Shown here: in pieces, positions 1 through 14,768 of the stretch
Numbering within the stretch: the stretch's first letter is position 1
Layout of the letters: the number at the start of each line of letters is the position of its first letter
Source of the DNA: an uncultured delta proteobacterium
GTDB taxonomy: Bacteria > Desulfobacterota > Desulfuromonadia > Geobacterales > Pseudopelobacteraceae
Assembly (NCBI GenBank): GCA_963772835.1
Contig: CAVYYZ010000012.1
Location: forward strand, 254,512-318,511
Direction: 5' to 3'
Length of the DNA stretch: 64,000 nt
Notes under the pieces: model-generated
What the model was told of the DNA's origin: nothing
What the model saw: the letters and a program-made list of their open reading frames with translations, nothing else
Database searches by the model: none
Position numbers and translations under genes: made by a program

Positions 1-1747
1 TAGTCAGGCTTTTCACAGATGCATAATCAAGGCTTGTGGGAATGCGTGCGTTTTCCAGTTTTTTCGACTGTTCAACCTGTTCCAGTTGCCTATCGATATA
101 CCCTTTGTATTTAGTCTGTATTTCAACCTGTTCACGTATTAGCGGAGGCGTTTCACGTGAAACCGTATCAAGTTCGCCAAGAATTGAATAAGTGACATCT
201 GTTCGCTTGAGCAGATGCTCAAGTGTTGTACCTTTTTGGATATCTTTCAGGCCGTGACGCGTGAGTACTTCGAGTTGAATATCGGAATGGCCGAGACGTG
301 TTATCGCTATACGATCAAGTTCTTCTTCGATCATACCTTTTTTTTCAGTAAAACGGGCATACTCCTCATCCGATACGAGACCTAGTCGATATCCTGTTTC
401 CCGCAGACGCAAATCCGCATTATCTTCGCGTAGCAAGAGACGATATTCAGCTCTCGATGTGAACATCCGGTATGGTTCTTTCGTACCGAGAGTCACCAGG
501 TCATCGATCATAACGCCTATATATGCCTCACTTCGTGACAGCACAAGCGGCTCACGCCCTTTTACACGAAGTGCGGCATTTATGCCGGCTATGAGCCCCT
601 GCCCTGCAGCCTCTTCATAGCCGGATGTGCCATTGATCTGACCGGCATGATACAGATTTTTTATTGTCTTCGTTTCAAGAGTACTATGGAGCTGAATCGG
701 ATCAACGTAATCGTATTCTATTGCATATGCAGGACGCATTATCTCTACACGTTCCAAGCCGACAATAGAGCGGTAAAAAGATATCTGAACATCTATGGGA
801 AGTGACGTTGACATTCCGCTGGGATAGACCTCAATCGTGTCGAGCCCCTCCGGTTCGATGAATGTCTGGTGACGCTCTTTTTCCGGGAAACGCACAACCT
901 TGTCTTCTATTGAAGGACAGTACCGCGGCCCAACTCCTTCAATAATACCCGAATATAACGGTGAGCGGTCCAGGCCGGATCGAATAATATCGTGCGATTT
1001 CTGATTTGTGTACGCAATGTGACATGGTAGTTGCGGCATCATTATCTGTTTGGTTGAAAAAGAAAAAGGCAACGGTGGATCATCACCAAATTGAGTTTCC
1101 AGCTGTGAAAAGTCAATGGTCCGGGCATCTAGTCGCGCGGGTGTTCCTGTTTTAAGTCTACCTACGTTAAAACCGAGTGTTCTCATCTGGTCAGACAGAC
1201 CGATCGATGGCTGATCACCTGCACGTCCGCCAGGATAGTGGTTAAGCCCAATATGGATGAGGCCGCGCATAAACGTGCCGGTTGTAACAACAACCGTTTT
1301 TGAAAGAAACCTGATGCCGGAGCGTAGTTCGACGCCACACAGTTTGCCCCCGTCAATGTACAGAGACGTTACTTCTCCCTGCTTAAGGTCGAGATTTGGT
1401 TGATGCTCCAAAATGTTCTTCATCCGGAGGCGATATAATTGTTTGTCAGCCTGGGCTCGCGATGCTCTGACAGCGGGACCTTTTTTTACATTCAGGATAC
1501 GGAACTGAATGCCGGTAGCGTCGATATTCTTCGCCATTTCGCCACCAAGCGCATCGATCTCTTTAACAAGATGACCCTTTGCCAAGCCGCCGATTGATGG
1601 ATTACAGGACATCAGTGCTATTGCGTCCAGATTAATCGTCAGCAGCATAGTGCGACATCCCATACGGGCAGACGCAAGAGCGGCTTCACAGCCAGCGTGG
1701 CCGGCACCAACTACAATTACGTCATACATCAGTTCGTAGGTCATCAT
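1..1747 (-). CDS. mnmG: tRNA uridine-5-carboxymethylaminomethyl(34) synthesis enzyme MnmG/GidA; 3' end runs off the window and the gene is absent from the ORF track
   Basis: Manual translation from ATG at 1747 gives MMTYELMYDVIVVGAGHAGCEAALASARMG with the FAD-binding GxGxxG. Downstream MSCNPSIGGLAKG, GPRYCPSIEDK and GQINGTSGYEEAAGQG are present. It lies next to mnmE. Confidence 0.97.
   Translation of the reverse strand, partial: MMTYELMYDVIVVGAGHAGCEAALASARMGCRTMLLTINLDAIALMSCNPSIGGLAKGHLVKEIDALGGEMAKNIDATGIQFRILNVKKGPAVRASRAQADKQLYRLRMKNILEHQPNLDLKQGEVTSLYIDGGKLCGVELRSGIRFLSKTVVVTTGTFMRGLIHIGLNHYPGGRAGDQPSIGLSDQMRTLGFNVGRLKTGTPARLDARTIDFSQLETQFGDDPPLPFSFSTKQIMMPQLPCHIAYTNQKSHDIIRSGLDRSPLYSGIIEGVGPRYCPSIEDKVVRFPEKERHQTFIEPEGLDTIEVYPSGMSTSLPIDVQISFYRSIVGLERVEIMRPAYAIEYDYVDPIQLHSTLETKTIKNLYHAGQINGTSGYEEAAGQGLIAGINAALRVKGREPLVLSRSEAYIGVMIDDLVTLGTKEPYRMFTSRAEYRLLLREDNADLRLRETGYRLGLVSDEEYARFTEKKGMIEEELDRIAITRLGHSDIQLEVLTRHGLKDIQKGTTLEHLLKRTDVTYSILGELDTVSRETPPLIREQVEIQTKYKGYIDRQLEQVEQSKKLENARIPTSLDYASVKSLT
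149..164. promoter_or_regulatory. parS centromere-like site inside mnmG
   Basis: CGTTTCACGTGAAACC; the 14-bp palindromic core matches the ParB/Spo0J consensus TGTTTCACGTGAAACA. Confidence 0.8.
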
Positions 1748-1771
1748 GATTGAAATCCACTGTCCAGGGTC

Positions 1772-1787
1772 TGTTTCACGTGAAACA
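1772..1787. promoter_or_regulatory. parS site, perfect consensus, in the mnmE-mnmG intergenic gap
   Basis: Exact 16-bp palindrome TGTTTCACGTGAAACA about 4 kb from dnaA. Confidence 0.92.
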
Positions 1788-1792
1788 TAGCA

Positions 1793-3160
1793 CTATTTCC
1801 CTATACAGAATGAAGAAAAAATGAGATCAAGAACTTCATCCGTTGCGGTCTGTCCGGTAACGGTACCCACCGCCTGCAACGCTCCACGCAGATCCAAAGC
1901 CAATAACTCCAGATTGCCACTCCGAATCCCGCCAACAAGATTTTTCAGGAACTGTTCTGCAGAAATCAGTGCGTCCCGGTGACGGGCCCTGGACAGCGCA
2001 ACAGCCTCTCGCGGGTCGGAAGCCGTGGAATGAAGAAACAGTCTGCAAGCTGTCTGCTTGAGCAGATCGACTCCATCTCCTGAAAGAGCTGCAATCCTTA
2101 CCTGAGCAACGAATCTGCCTTCGTCAGGCAGGACAAAGCGCTGTTGGAGATCTACCTTATTTAGAACCGCGATCGTCTTACGACCGGCGAGCGCGTCAAA
2201 GATCATCTGGTCCTCGTGGCTGAACTCCCGGGAGGCGTCAAATACAGCGAGGACAAGATCAGCCAGCGGTATTTTTTCAAGAGCCCTGCTGATACCCTCC
2301 TGTTCAACCAGATCATCGGTATGACGAATTCCGGCCGTATCAAGCAACTGGACGGACAGTCCCTCGAACATTATCGTTTCTTCGATGACGTCGCGGGTTG
2401 TACCGGGAATATGAGTTACAATAGCACGATTTTCATTCAACAGCCGGTTAAGCAGGCTTGACTTGCCTACGTTCGGTTTACCGACAATCAGGATGGATAT
2501 CCCGTCACGCATGATCCTCCCCTCGTCGAAGGTCGATAGTAGCGTGGTAATAATACTTTGTGCCTCCCCGACCGAAGCAATAATCGACGCTACATCCGTC
2601 TCCCCGAGATCATCGTCAGGAAAGTCAATGTACGCCTCCACCAAAGAGAGCGCCCGGAGAATGCATCCACGGGTATCTTCGATGCGTGTCGAAAGAGCGC
2701 CTTCTCGCTGCCTCTGAGCCAACTGCAAAGCGGCTTCGCTCTTTGAAGCGATAATATCCATGACCGCTTCGGCCTGGGCCAGATCGATGCGTCCGTTAAG
2801 AAACGCCCTCCTGGTAAACTCACCAGGCTCAGCCAACCTGATTCCGCATGAAAGAACCAGTGCGAGCACCCGTTCGACAACCAGCCATCCGCCATGGCAA
2901 TGAAGTTCCAGAACGTCTTCGCGTGTATATGAGCGGGGAGCACGCATATAAACCGCCATCGCCTCGTCAATTTTTTCACCGTTTCCGGGGTCAGCGATGA
3001 CACCAAAAGAAAAACGGTGGCTCACAAGGCCACCGTCATAAACAGGTTTAAAAACTGCATGTCCGACCGTAGCAGCGAGGTCTCCACTCACACGGATTAT
3101 TCCGATACCCCCGTTACCTGGAGGGGTACTGACAGCCGCTATTGTATCGCGAATATACAT
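1793..3160 (-). CDS. mnmE: tRNA modification GTPase MnmE/TrmE
   Basis: [12 protein letters not shown]-terminus, GKPNVGKS P-loop, GTTRD, DTAG, NKVD and C-terminal FCIGK. Confidence 0.98.
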   Translation of the reverse strand: MYIRDTIAAVSTPPGNGGIGIIRVSGDLAATVGHAVFKPVYDGGLVSHRFSFGVIADPGNGEKIDEAMAVYMRAPRSYTREDVLELHCHGGWLVVERVLALVLSCGIRLAEPGEFTRRAFLNGRIDLAQAEAVMDIIASKSEAALQLAQRQREGALSTRIEDTRGCILRALSLVEAYIDFPDDDLGETDVASIIASVGEAQSIITTLLSTFDEGRIMRDGISILIVGKPNVGKSSLLNRLLNENRAIVTHIPGTTRDVIEETIMFEGLSVQLLDTAGIRHTDDLVEQEGISRALEKIPLADLVLAVFDASREFSHEDQMIFDALAGRKTIAVLNKVDLQQRFVLPDEGRFVAQVRIAALSGDGVDLLKQTACRLFLHSTASDPREAVALSRARHRDALISAEQFLKNLVGGIRSGNLELLALDLRGALQAVGTVTGQTATDEVLDLIFSSFCIGK

Positions 3161-3190
3161 AAATCAAAGCTCCGGTGCCGCCGGCTAATC

Positions 3191-4825
3191 TTATGCCTGC
3201 TTGTTGATGTACATCTGCTGGCCGATTGTTAACACGTTGTTGACCAGCCAGTACAGCACCAAACCGGAAGGAAAACTGAGAAACATGAATGTAAACACAA
3301 CTGGAAGGGCCAGCATCATCTTCTGCTGCATCGGATCCATTTGAGAAGGTGTCATTTTCTGCTGAACGAACATCGTTAAACCCATAACAATAGGCAACGG
3401 GCCAAGAATAAACGGAAGATGAAACAACTGACCAAACAGATTATCAGGGCCCGCCAGGTCGGTAATCCATAGCAGGAACGGTGCATGGCGCAACTCAATG
3501 GAAAACATCAGAGATTTGTAGAGTGCAAAGAATACCGGGATCTGCACGACCATCGGCAGACAGCCACCCATCGGGTTGACTTTATTGTCACGGTATAACT
3601 CCATAACAGCCTTATTCATTGTGTCACGGTCGTCCTTATGTTTTTCGCGCAGTTTTGCCATCTCAGGCTGAATTTTCTGCATACCCTTCATTGATTTGTA
3701 GCTTTTGTGGGTGAGTGGAAAAAACAGTGCTTTTAGAATAATAGTTATGATTATTATGGCGATGCCATAGTTGCCGACATAGCGGTAAAAGAATTTCAGA
3801 GTATAGAGAAGCGGCTTGGCGATGACCGTAAACCAGCCAAGGTCAAGAGATTGAACCAGTGAATTACCCTGCCCCTTAAGAATATCGATATCCTTCGGAC
3901 CAATAAACAGGCGGTGAACTACGGTAGCGGATTGGCCTGGATTTACAGTAAACTGGGGGGATGAAATGATTGATTCAAAATAACCGGCATTGTTTTTTTT
4001 CAGCTCTACGGACGCAATGCTGTTTTTCACGGATAAGATAGCAGAAAGGAAATACTTGTCTGCAAAACCGGCCCAATCAATTGTCTTGTCATAGCGTTTT
4101 AAGGCGCTGGAAACATCTTTGATTTTATTGGATTGAAGACTGTTATCAGAAAACAAATATGATCCGGCTGTGTCAAACCTGTTGTTCTTTACTTTCGGCT
4201 CTGCCGGATAGGTCATTACATGTTGAATGGAGCCAACGAGTGGGGCTGCAGAGTTGTTGAAAACCTGAGTTTCAAGTTGTATACCGTACTCTCCAGAAGT
4301 GAAAGTATACACTTTACGAACTGTATACCCCTGTCCGGAAATAAAGTTGAATGTAAGCTGTTTGGTCCCGCTTTTTTCAATTTTGAGTTCATCAATATCG
4401 GTTGTGAACTGCGTGCCGTCGGGAAGGTTAAGACCGGTAGCACGCGTAGAAAAGGAAAAGAGGTTCGGGTCTCCGTCATTTTCCAGCGTTACATTTTTTG
4501 ATGCCGGAGAATTTTCTTCACGGTATTTTTTAAGAGTCAAGCTCTTGAGAGCCGCTCCGCGAGAAGAAAAAACCGCCGTATAGAGGTCTGTTTCTACGAT
4601 AACATCCTTTTGATCGACATGTGCAGGGAGCGTTCCCCCGGTGACCGGAGCAGGATTTTGGAGTGCCTGTGGCGGCTCTGTTTTCGCTGCCGGGTTACTC
4701 ACCACCGAAGATGCACTTTGAGGAACAGGGGTTTGGACCTTTTGCTTATCCGGTCCAAAGAACATGGAAAAAAGATAAAAAACAGCGATTGAAAGACCTA
4801 CAGCTATAAAAGCGCGCTTTTCCAT
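3191..4825 (-). CDS. yidC: Membrane protein insertase YidC
   Basis: N-terminal TM, large periplasmic domain, [20 protein letters not shown] and GLVLYW; canonical synteny. Confidence 0.97.
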   Translation of the reverse strand: MEKRAFIAVGLSIAVFYLFSMFFGPDKQKVQTPVPQSASSVVSNPAAKTEPPQALQNPAPVTGGTLPAHVDQKDVIVETDLYTAVFSSRGAALKSLTLKKYREENSPASKNVTLENDGDPNLFSFSTRATGLNLPDGTQFTTDIDELKIEKSGTKQLTFNFISGQGYTVRKVYTFTSGEYGIQLETQVFNNSAAPLVGSIQHVMTYPAEPKVKNNRFDTAGSYLFSDNSLQSNKIKDVSSALKRYDKTIDWAGFADKYFLSAILSVKNSIASVELKKNNAGYFESIISSPQFTVNPGQSATVVHRLFIGPKDIDILKGQGNSLVQSLDLGWFTVIAKPLLYTLKFFYRYVGNYGIAIIIITIILKALFFPLTHKSYKSMKGMQKIQPEMAKLREKHKDDRDTMNKAVMELYRDNKVNPMGGCLPMVVQIPVFFALYKSLMFSIELRHAPFLLWITDLAGPDNLFGQLFHLPFILGPLPIVMGLTMFVQQKMTPSQMDPMQQKMMLALPVVFTFMFLSFPSGLVLYWLVNNVLTIGQQMYINKQA

Positions 4826-4853
4826 CGGGGCTCCTGATTATAATAAAATTATG

Positions 4854-5066
4854 TTAGGGTACCGGATCGTGGCCGCCCGGATGAAACGGATGACACTTAC
4901 ATATTCTGACAAAGGTGAGCAACAAACCCCTGGCAACACCATACCGAATTAAGGACTCACGGGAATACTCGGAACAGGAGGGATAAAAACGGCAAGTTTG
5001 CGGAAGAAGCGGTGAAACCAACTTCTGATAAAACCTGATTACAAGGAGCACACTGCTCTTGAACAT
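4854..5066 (-). CDS. yidD: Membrane protein insertion efficiency factor YidD
   Basis: [10 protein letters not shown] and [13 protein letters not shown] motifs; located between rnpA and yidC. Confidence 0.95.
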   Translation of the reverse strand: MFKSSVLLVIRFYQKLVSPLLPQTCRFYPSCSEYSRESLIRYGVARGLLLTFVRICKCHPFHPGGHDPVP

Positions 5067-5419
5067 GGGGACTGACCTATTAACCGGAAGGCTTTACTGA
5101 GTTCCCGCACAATATCGGGATATATCATCTGTGCCGATTCTCGTCGTGCAATAACGTTAATATCCACCTCAGGCATACCAAAACGATTATGTCTGAAAAA
5201 CTCCCGCAGATATCTTTTTACCCGATTACGCACAACCGCGCATCCGATTTTCTTGCTGGCTGTTACTCCGAATCGCGTCACTTGGAGGTTATTTTCACTC
5301 CACACAACAAGAAAACCGCGCACAGTTGTCTTATGTTGTGCGGAAGCGAGCTGAAGAAACTCAGCACGCTTCCGCAAACGTGACGTTTTCGGAAAAGTAG
5401 CCTCAGTGTCAACACTCAC
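5039..5419 (-). CDS. rnpA: Ribonuclease P protein component
   Basis: RLRKRAEF and the [24 protein letters not shown] motif; synteny. Confidence 0.95.
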   Translation of the reverse strand: MSVDTEATFPKTSRLRKRAEFLQLASAQHKTTVRGFLVVWSENNLQVTRFGVTASKKIGCAVVRNRVKRYLREFFRHNRFGMPEVDINVIARRESAQMIYPDIVRELSKAFRLIGQSPCSRAVCSL

Positions 5420-5431
5420 ACAAGAAAGTAA

Positions 5432-5581
5432 CTATTTAGTAGCGATTCTTACGGACAGGTTTTTACGTCCTTTAGCTCTTCTGCGCTTAATGACCAGACG
5501 ACCATTCTTTGTTGCCATTCTTACGAGGAAACCGTGAGTACGCTTACGTGAAGTATTGCTTGGCTGATATGTTCTTTTCAT
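5432..5581 (-). CDS. rpmH: 50S ribosomal protein L34, 49 aa, below the ORF-track cutoff
   Basis: Manual translation [53 protein letters not shown]-type RBS upstream. Confidence 0.97.
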   Translation of the reverse strand: MKRTYQPSNTSRKRTHGFLVRMATKNGRLVIKRRRAKGRKNLSVRIATK

Positions 5582-5699
5582 CTTGATTTACCTCTACAAA
5601 ATTATTTTTCAGGAAATGGGTTATTAAACACAACTCTCCCGTTGTGTCAAGTTTTATATTATATCCGTGAATGGGTCCTTTACAACTGATTTGCCTTGA

Positions 5700-5934
5700 A
5701 AAAGAGGTCTGGCTCTGTTATTCTCCAACACCTTTAACAAGCCTAAATCTGTCCTATATATGCTTTAAATAGCTGTTTTTATTTGTCTAAATAGTTTTCA
5801 ACAGCTGTTGACAATAGTGTTGAAAACTTTTTAAATATCTGTTAGGCACTGATTAAACATGCTTTCACAATTAGCAGTTACACGCAGCACTCGATGTTGA
5901 TAACCAATACATACCATGATTGTGATTATTCCTG
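5700..5934. promoter_or_regulatory. oriC left part / dnaA promoter with DnaA-box-like 9-mers
   Basis: AT-rich, with TTTTCAACA 5795-5803, TGTTGACAA 5806-5814, TGTTGAAAA 5818-5826 and TGTTGATAA 5895-5903 (near-matches to TTWTNCACA). Confidence 0.7.
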
Positions 5935-7284
5935 ATGCTAGAAGCATGGCAACAAGCCACCGAAAATATAGAAAAAATAATGTCGGAAGCCGATTTTGGT
6001 GCCTGGATAAAACCGGTTCATTACAGCCACTATGACGGTTCCGCCGTTTTTCTGTCCGTTCCCAACTCGTTTATAAAAGAGTGGCTGGAAGACCATTATC
6101 TGAAAGTTTTGACCGGAGCACTCTCAGCCACATCCGGATATTCTGTTACCGTTAACTTTATCATACGTGCCGACGAAGAGCACCAACCATACATTTCAGA
6201 AGATTTTATTGTTAAAAACGAGTTTGAACCAATTGTGAATAAAAATACTCCCCTTGAACAGGTATTTACTCCTCTCAATCAAAAATACACATTTGATCTT
6301 TTTGTAAGTGGAAGCGGCAATCAATTTGCTCATGCCGCAGCTATGGCTGTTGCACATAATCCCGCTGACACATACAACCCTCTTTTTATCTATGGAGGTG
6401 TCGGACTTGGCAAAAGCCATCTGTTAAACTCAATAGGGCACACTATCCGTGAAAATTCTCCGGAGTTGAATGTCTGCTACTGTTCCGCTGAAAAGTTCAT
6501 GTATGAAATGGTTAATCATCTCCGCTTGAAAAAAATGGATGTGTTTAGAAATCGTTTTAGAAATGTAGACGTACTGTTAGTTGATGACATACAGTTTATA
6601 TCCGGCAAAACTGGAACCCAGGAAGAGTTTTTTCACACTTTTAATGCTCTTCATGATGCCCATAAACAGATTGTGATTACTTCTGATAAGTTCCCTCGAG
6701 AAATTTCAGACCTGGAAGAACGTCTCAGATCCCGCTTTGAATGGGGTCTTATCGCAGATATACAACCGCCTGATGTGGAGACAAAAATTGCAATTTTGAA
6801 AAAAAAATCAGAAGTGACCAGAGTATTTTTCCCTGAGGATGTATATTATTTTCTCGCCTCAAGCGATACACGAAATATTCGTGAGTTGGAAGGAATGCTC
6901 ATACGACTCGGGGCATTCAGTAGTCTTCAGAATATTCCGGTTACATTGGAAATGGCAAAAGAAAATCTTAAAGATATTCTGGGAGACCGTCACAAGGAAA
7001 TAACTGTTGAATTAATCCAAAAAACTGTAGCTGAGTATTTTGATTTGAAGCTCGTTGATCTGAAATCAGAAAAACGCCTGAAAAATATTGTACATGCACG
7101 CCAGATAGCCATATGGTTCTGCAGAGAAATGACTAAATCGTCGTATCCAGATATAGGATTAAAGTTTGGCGGGAAAGATCATTCAACAATCATTCACTCC
7201 TACAAAAAAATTGATAAAGCATTGATAAATGAACCAAAACTATCAAAAATTACTGATGAAATAAGACGTATACTGCTCAAGTAA
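5935..7284 (+). CDS. dnaA: Chromosomal replication initiator DnaA
   Basis: YNPLFIYGGVGLGKSHL, LLVDDIQF, RLRSRFEWGL and GGKDHSTIIH. Confidence 0.99.
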   Translation: MLEAWQQATENIEKIMSEADFGAWIKPVHYSHYDGSAVFLSVPNSFIKEWLEDHYLKVLTGALSATSGYSVTVNFIIRADEEHQPYISEDFIVKNEFEPIVNKNTPLEQVFTPLNQKYTFDLFVSGSGNQFAHAAAMAVAHNPADTYNPLFIYGGVGLGKSHLLNSIGHTIRENSPELNVCYCSAEKFMYEMVNHLRLKKMDVFRNRFRNVDVLLVDDIQFISGKTGTQEEFFHTFNALHDAHKQIVITSDKFPREISDLEERLRSRFEWGLIADIQPPDVETKIAILKKKSEVTRVFFPEDVYYFLASSDTRNIRELEGMLIRLGAFSSLQNIPVTLEMAKENLKDILGDRHKEITVELIQKTVAEYFDLKLVDLKSEKRLKNIVHARQIAIWFCREMTKSSYPDIGLKFGGKDHSTIIHSYKKIDKALINEPKLSKITDEIRRILLK

Positions 7285-7502
7285 GTAAAACCTGTTGATT
7301 CATTGTGAACATCTGTTGGTAATTTTTAGCTGTGTGTAAAAGTGTGATATTTACCGTTCAGAATACACAGGGTAAAAATATCATTTAAGCATGCATATTC
7401 AGTATATTGACAGATTTTCCACTGTTTCCACAGGACCAACAATATACTACAAGGTTTTAAATCTTTTATAAACATACTACCAGTACATAAAGGGAGGCAT
7501 GC
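7285..7502. promoter_or_regulatory. oriC right part with DnaA boxes and a probable DNA unwinding element
   Basis: Several degenerate boxes at 7293-7339. Tandem TTTTCCACT-GTTTCCACA at 7415-7432 is followed by GGACC, a trio-like AACAATATACTAC and an AT-rich tract. Confidence 0.7.
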
Positions 7503-8624
7503 ATGGAATTCATAATTGAAAAAGAGCAATTCCTGAAGTCACTGCAAAAAATTCAGGGGATTGTCGAAAAAAGAACTTCAATGCCCATTTTATCTAATGT
7601 TCTTCTTGAAGCTACTGAAACGTCACTTCTTGTCACTGCTACCGACCTGGAAGTGGGAATGAAAAGCAGCTATTCAGCAGAAGTTGTTACACCCGGAAAA
7701 ATTACTGTTTCCGCCAAGAAACTGTATGAAATTGTAAAAGAACTTCCAAATCAATCAATTAAATTTTCTACTAAAGACAATGATTGGGTTGAAATAAAAT
7801 GCGGAAAGGTACAATTCAACATCGTTGGCCTCTCACCGGATGAATTTCCTTATTTTCCTGATGTAAAAGAAGAAAACCTCTTTGAAATTGAAACGTCCCT
7901 GTTACGCGGAATGATCGAAAGAACCTCGTATGCCATCTGCACTGATGAAACAAAATATAATCTCAACGGAATTTTTATAAAAGTTGAAGTACGTGCCGAT
8001 GGCAGTAACGGCCTCAAAATGGTTTCTACTGACGGACATCGACTGTCAATCGCTTCAGGAAATCTTAATGGTTCAGCCGGACCGGAACTCCTTAAAGGTG
8101 TAATTCTGCCTAAGAAAGGAGTTTTTGAGATGAAAAAAATAACAGAAGAGGAAGGCGGAAAACTGCTGTTTGGCTTTATGGATAATAGCGCTGTGATCAA
8201 ACGTGGCGATTCATACATGGTTATGCGTCTTGTCGACGGTGAGTTTCCTGACTACAATCGCGTCATCCCCGTGGCTAATACACAGGTGGTAATTGTCAAC
8301 AAGGAAGACTTCAGTCATTCAGTGCGGCGTATGGCGATTCTATCAAGCGAGAAATTCAAAGGCATCATGCTGGAAATTTCTTCGGGAGGCGTTAGAATTT
8401 CTTCAAGCAATCCCGAGTTGGGTGATGCAATGGAAGAGCTGGATGTGGTCTATTCAGGAGAGCCAATTTCAGTCAGGTTTAACGCCCGTTATCTTCTTGA
8501 TGTTCTTTCCGTTGCCGAAACCGAACGTGTTGAGATGAAATTCAAGGATGAGCTTTCCCCTTCGATCATTGTTCCGGAAAATTCTGACACATTTCTTGCC
8601 GTCATAATGCCGATGAGACTATAA
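7503..8624 (+). CDS. dnaN: DNA polymerase III beta sliding clamp
   Basis: PILSNVLL, ATDLE, STDGHRL, FPDY and C-terminal VIMPMRL. Confidence 0.98.
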   Translation: MEFIIEKEQFLKSLQKIQGIVEKRTSMPILSNVLLEATETSLLVTATDLEVGMKSSYSAEVVTPGKITVSAKKLYEIVKELPNQSIKFSTKDNDWVEIKCGKVQFNIVGLSPDEFPYFPDVKEENLFEIETSLLRGMIERTSYAICTDETKYNLNGIFIKVEVRADGSNGLKMVSTDGHRLSIASGNLNGSAGPELLKGVILPKKGVFEMKKITEEEGGKLLFGFMDNSAVIKRGDSYMVMRLVDGEFPDYNRVIPVANTQVVIVNKEDFSHSVRRMAILSSEKFKGIMLEISSGGVRISSSNPELGDAMEELDVVYSGEPISVRFNARYLLDVLSVAETERVEMKFKDELSPSIIVPENSDTFLAVIMPMRL

Positions 8625-8633
8625 AAACAGCTG

Positions 8634-12141
<3,508 letters not shown>

Positions 12142-12203
12142 AATAAAATTATTCAACAAAATCTTACCCTCATTTTTACGGGTATAGCAGATACGAGGTA
12201 GCA

Positions 12204-14768
12204 ATGCAGATCCCAAGTGAAATCCCAGTCAACAAGATAACGGTAAATATTGAAGATGAGATGAAACGCTCCTACATGGACTACGCCATGTCGGTCATCA
12301 TCGGACGTGCTCTGCCGGATGTGCGCGACGGCCTCAAACCGGTGCACCGTCGCTGCCTGTATGCCATGTACGACATGAGCAACGACTACAACAAGCCGTA
12401 CAAAAAATCGGCCCGAGTTGTCGGTGATGTTATCGGTAAATATCACCCCCACGGTGATACGGCTGCCTATGACACTATCGTGCGAATGGCCCAGGATTTT
12501 TCGCTCCGTTACATGCTGGTTGACGGTCAGGGTAACTTCGGTTCGGTAGACGGTGACCGACCGGCTGCAATGCGTTATACCGAAATCCGTCTGCGCCACC
12601 TTTCCCACGAACTACTGGCGGATCTGGACAAAGAAACCGTCAACATGGTCCCGAACTACAACGAGGAGATGTTGGAGCCGACTGTGCTTCCGGCAAAGTT
12701 TCCCAACCTGCTGATCAACGGATCGACCGGTATTGCGGTCGGCATGGCCACAAACATCCCGCCTCACAACATTGGCGAGATAATCGGCGGTATCATCGCC
12801 GTGATCCAGGATCCGGAGATCGGTTTTGAGGAACTGCTGGAAATGATTCCCGGTCCCGACTTTCCGACCGGAGCCACCATCTACGGCCGCCAGGGGATCA
12901 GGGATGCATACAGTACCGGACGCGGCATCATTCAGATCCGTGCCAAAGCCCATGTCGAGGCTTCCAAACGTTCCGAGCGTCAGGCGATCATTGTCACCGA
13001 ACTTCCGTACCAGGTCAACAAAGCCCGTCTGATCGAGAAGATTGCCGAGCTGGTAAAGGAGAAGAAGGTCGAAGGGATTACCGAGATTCGCGACGAATCC
13101 GACCGTCAGGGGATGCGGATCGTTATTGAGGTCAAACGGGACGAAAACGCCGAAGTTCTGCTCAATCAGCTCTATAAGCAGTCCCAGTTGCAGGTCTCCT
13201 TCGGCATCATCATGCTGGCTATCGTTCACAACCGTCCTCGGGTGCTTACTCTGCGGGAAATGATGGACTGTTTCGTCGAACATCGCTGCGAGGTCGTCAC
13301 CCGCCGTACAAACTTCGAGTTGAAGAAGGCGCTGGCCCGCGCCCATATCCTGGAAGGTCTCAAGATAGCCCTGGATTGGCTGGATGCCGTCATCGAGATG
13401 ATCCGGGAGTCAAAAACTCCGCCCGAAGCCAAACTGGGGTTGATGGAAGGAAAGTTTGCCGATCCCGAATTCCTGACGCGGCTCAACCTGCCGCGTCCGG
13501 CCGGTATCGAAAATTCGGTTCAGCTGTCCGAGATTCAGGCCCAGGCCATTCTTGAGATGCGCCTGCAGCGCCTGACGGGACTGGAGCGGGACAAGATCAT
13601 TGCCGAGTATGAAGAGGTGATGAAACTGATCGCCCGACTAAAGGAAATTCTGGCTTCGGATACCGAAATTCTCAAGATTATTGTTGCCGAACTGAGCGAA
13701 ATCCGTGAGCGATTCGGCGACAAACGCCGCTCCGAAATTGCGGACAAGAGCGCCGATATTTCGCGGGAAGATACCATCGAAGACGAGGAAATGGTTGTAA
13801 CGATTTCGCACACCGGTTACATCAAGCGGAGCGCTGTCGATCTGTACCGCTCCCAACGCCGTGGCGGCAAAGGCAAGACCGGTATGAAGACTAAAGAAGA
13901 GGATTTCGTAGAGCAGCTCTTCATCGCTTCGACAAAAGATTACCTGCTCTGCTTCACCGACGCCGGACGAATGTACTGGCTCAAAGTTTACGAAATTCCT
14001 GAAGGGAGCCGCACAACCAAAGGGAAGGCGGTAGTCAATCTGGTAAATGTCTCTGCCGGTGAGATGATCACCACGATCCTGCCGGTCAAGGAATTCAGTG
14101 AGAATACCTTCCTGTTTATGGCCACTCAAAATGGTGTGGTCAAAAAAACCCCTCTGGTTGACTACTCTAATGTCCGGGTCGGTGGTATTATTGCCGTAAA
14201 TCTGGACGATGGTGACCGGTTGATCTCTGTGGCACTGACCGATGGAACCAAGGACATCTTCCTCGCTTCGCGTTGTGGTAAAGCCATCCGCTTCAACGAA
14301 GAGGATGTCCGGCCGATGGGGCGTGTCACCCGCGGGGTGCGCGGCATGAATCTTGGCAAGGATGACCGGGTGATCGGCATGGAGATCGTCGACAATACAG
14401 CGGTCGGCTCGACAATCTTCACCGTCTGCGAAAACGGCTTCGGAAAGCGCACCGATCTGGATGAATATCGAGACCAGTCGCGTGGCGGCAAGGGGATCAT
14501 CACGATCAAGACTACCGAGCGTAACGGTTCTGTGGTCAACGTCATGCAGGTTGCTGACGATCACGATCTTATGGTTATCACCGATCAGGGTAAGATCCTG
14601 CGCGTACCGGTTTCCGGATTTTCGGTAATTGGTAGAAATACCCAGGGTGTGAATCTTATGAACACCGAGGAAAACGAGAAGGTTGTGGCGGTTGCCCGCC
14701 TGGCTGAGAAGGACGAAGACGAGGCGGATGATATTCTGGATGAAGGGACTGAAGAAACGGAAGCATAG
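12204..14768 (+). CDS. gyrA: DNA gyrase subunit A
   Basis: YHPHGD, AAMRYTE with the catalytic Tyr, GyrA-box QRRGGKG and C-terminal pinwheel repeats. Confidence 0.99.
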   Translation: MQIPSEIPVNKITVNIEDEMKRSYMDYAMSVIIGRALPDVRDGLKPVHRRCLYAMYDMSNDYNKPYKKSARVVGDVIGKYHPHGDTAAYDTIVRMAQDFSLRYMLVDGQGNFGSVDGDRPAAMRYTEIRLRHLSHELLADLDKETVNMVPNYNEEMLEPTVLPAKFPNLLINGSTGIAVGMATNIPPHNIGEIIGGIIAVIQDPEIGFEELLEMIPGPDFPTGATIYGRQGIRDAYSTGRGIIQIRAKAHVEASKRSERQAIIVTELPYQVNKARLIEKIAELVKEKKVEGITEIRDESDRQGMRIVIEVKRDENAEVLLNQLYKQSQLQVSFGIIMLAIVHNRPRVLTLREMMDCFVEHRCEVVTRRTNFELKKALARAHILEGLKIALDWLDAVIEMIRESKTPPEAKLGLMEGKFADPEFLTRLNLPRPAGIENSVQLSEIQAQAILEMRLQRLTGLERDKIIAEYEEVMKLIARLKEILASDTEILKIIVAELSEIRERFGDKRRSEIADKSADISREDTIEDEEMVVTISHTGYIKRSAVDLYRSQRRGGKGKTGMKTKEEDFVEQLFIASTKDYLLCFTDAGRMYWLKVYEIPEGSRTTKGKAVVNLVNVSAGEMITTILPVKEFSENTFLFMATQNGVVKKTPLVDYSNVRVGGIIAVNLDDGDRLISVALTDGTKDIFLASRCGKAIRFNEEDVRPMGRVTRGVRGMNLGKDDRVIGMEIVDNTAVGSTIFTVCENGFGKRTDLDEYRDQSRGGKGIITIKTTERNGSVVNVMQVADDHDLMVITDQGKILRVPVSGFSVIGRNTQGVNLMNTEENEKVVAVARLAEKDEDEADDILDEGTEETEA

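Noticed and set aside
3161..3190. No jag/eloR gene between yidC and mnmE
   Set aside because: Absence is common in many Gram-negative lineages and is not informative.
12444..12476. GyrA QRDR reads [10 protein letters not shown] (Thr at the E. coli Ser83 position)
   Set aside because: Thr is a natural variant in many taxa and is not evidence of acquired resistance.
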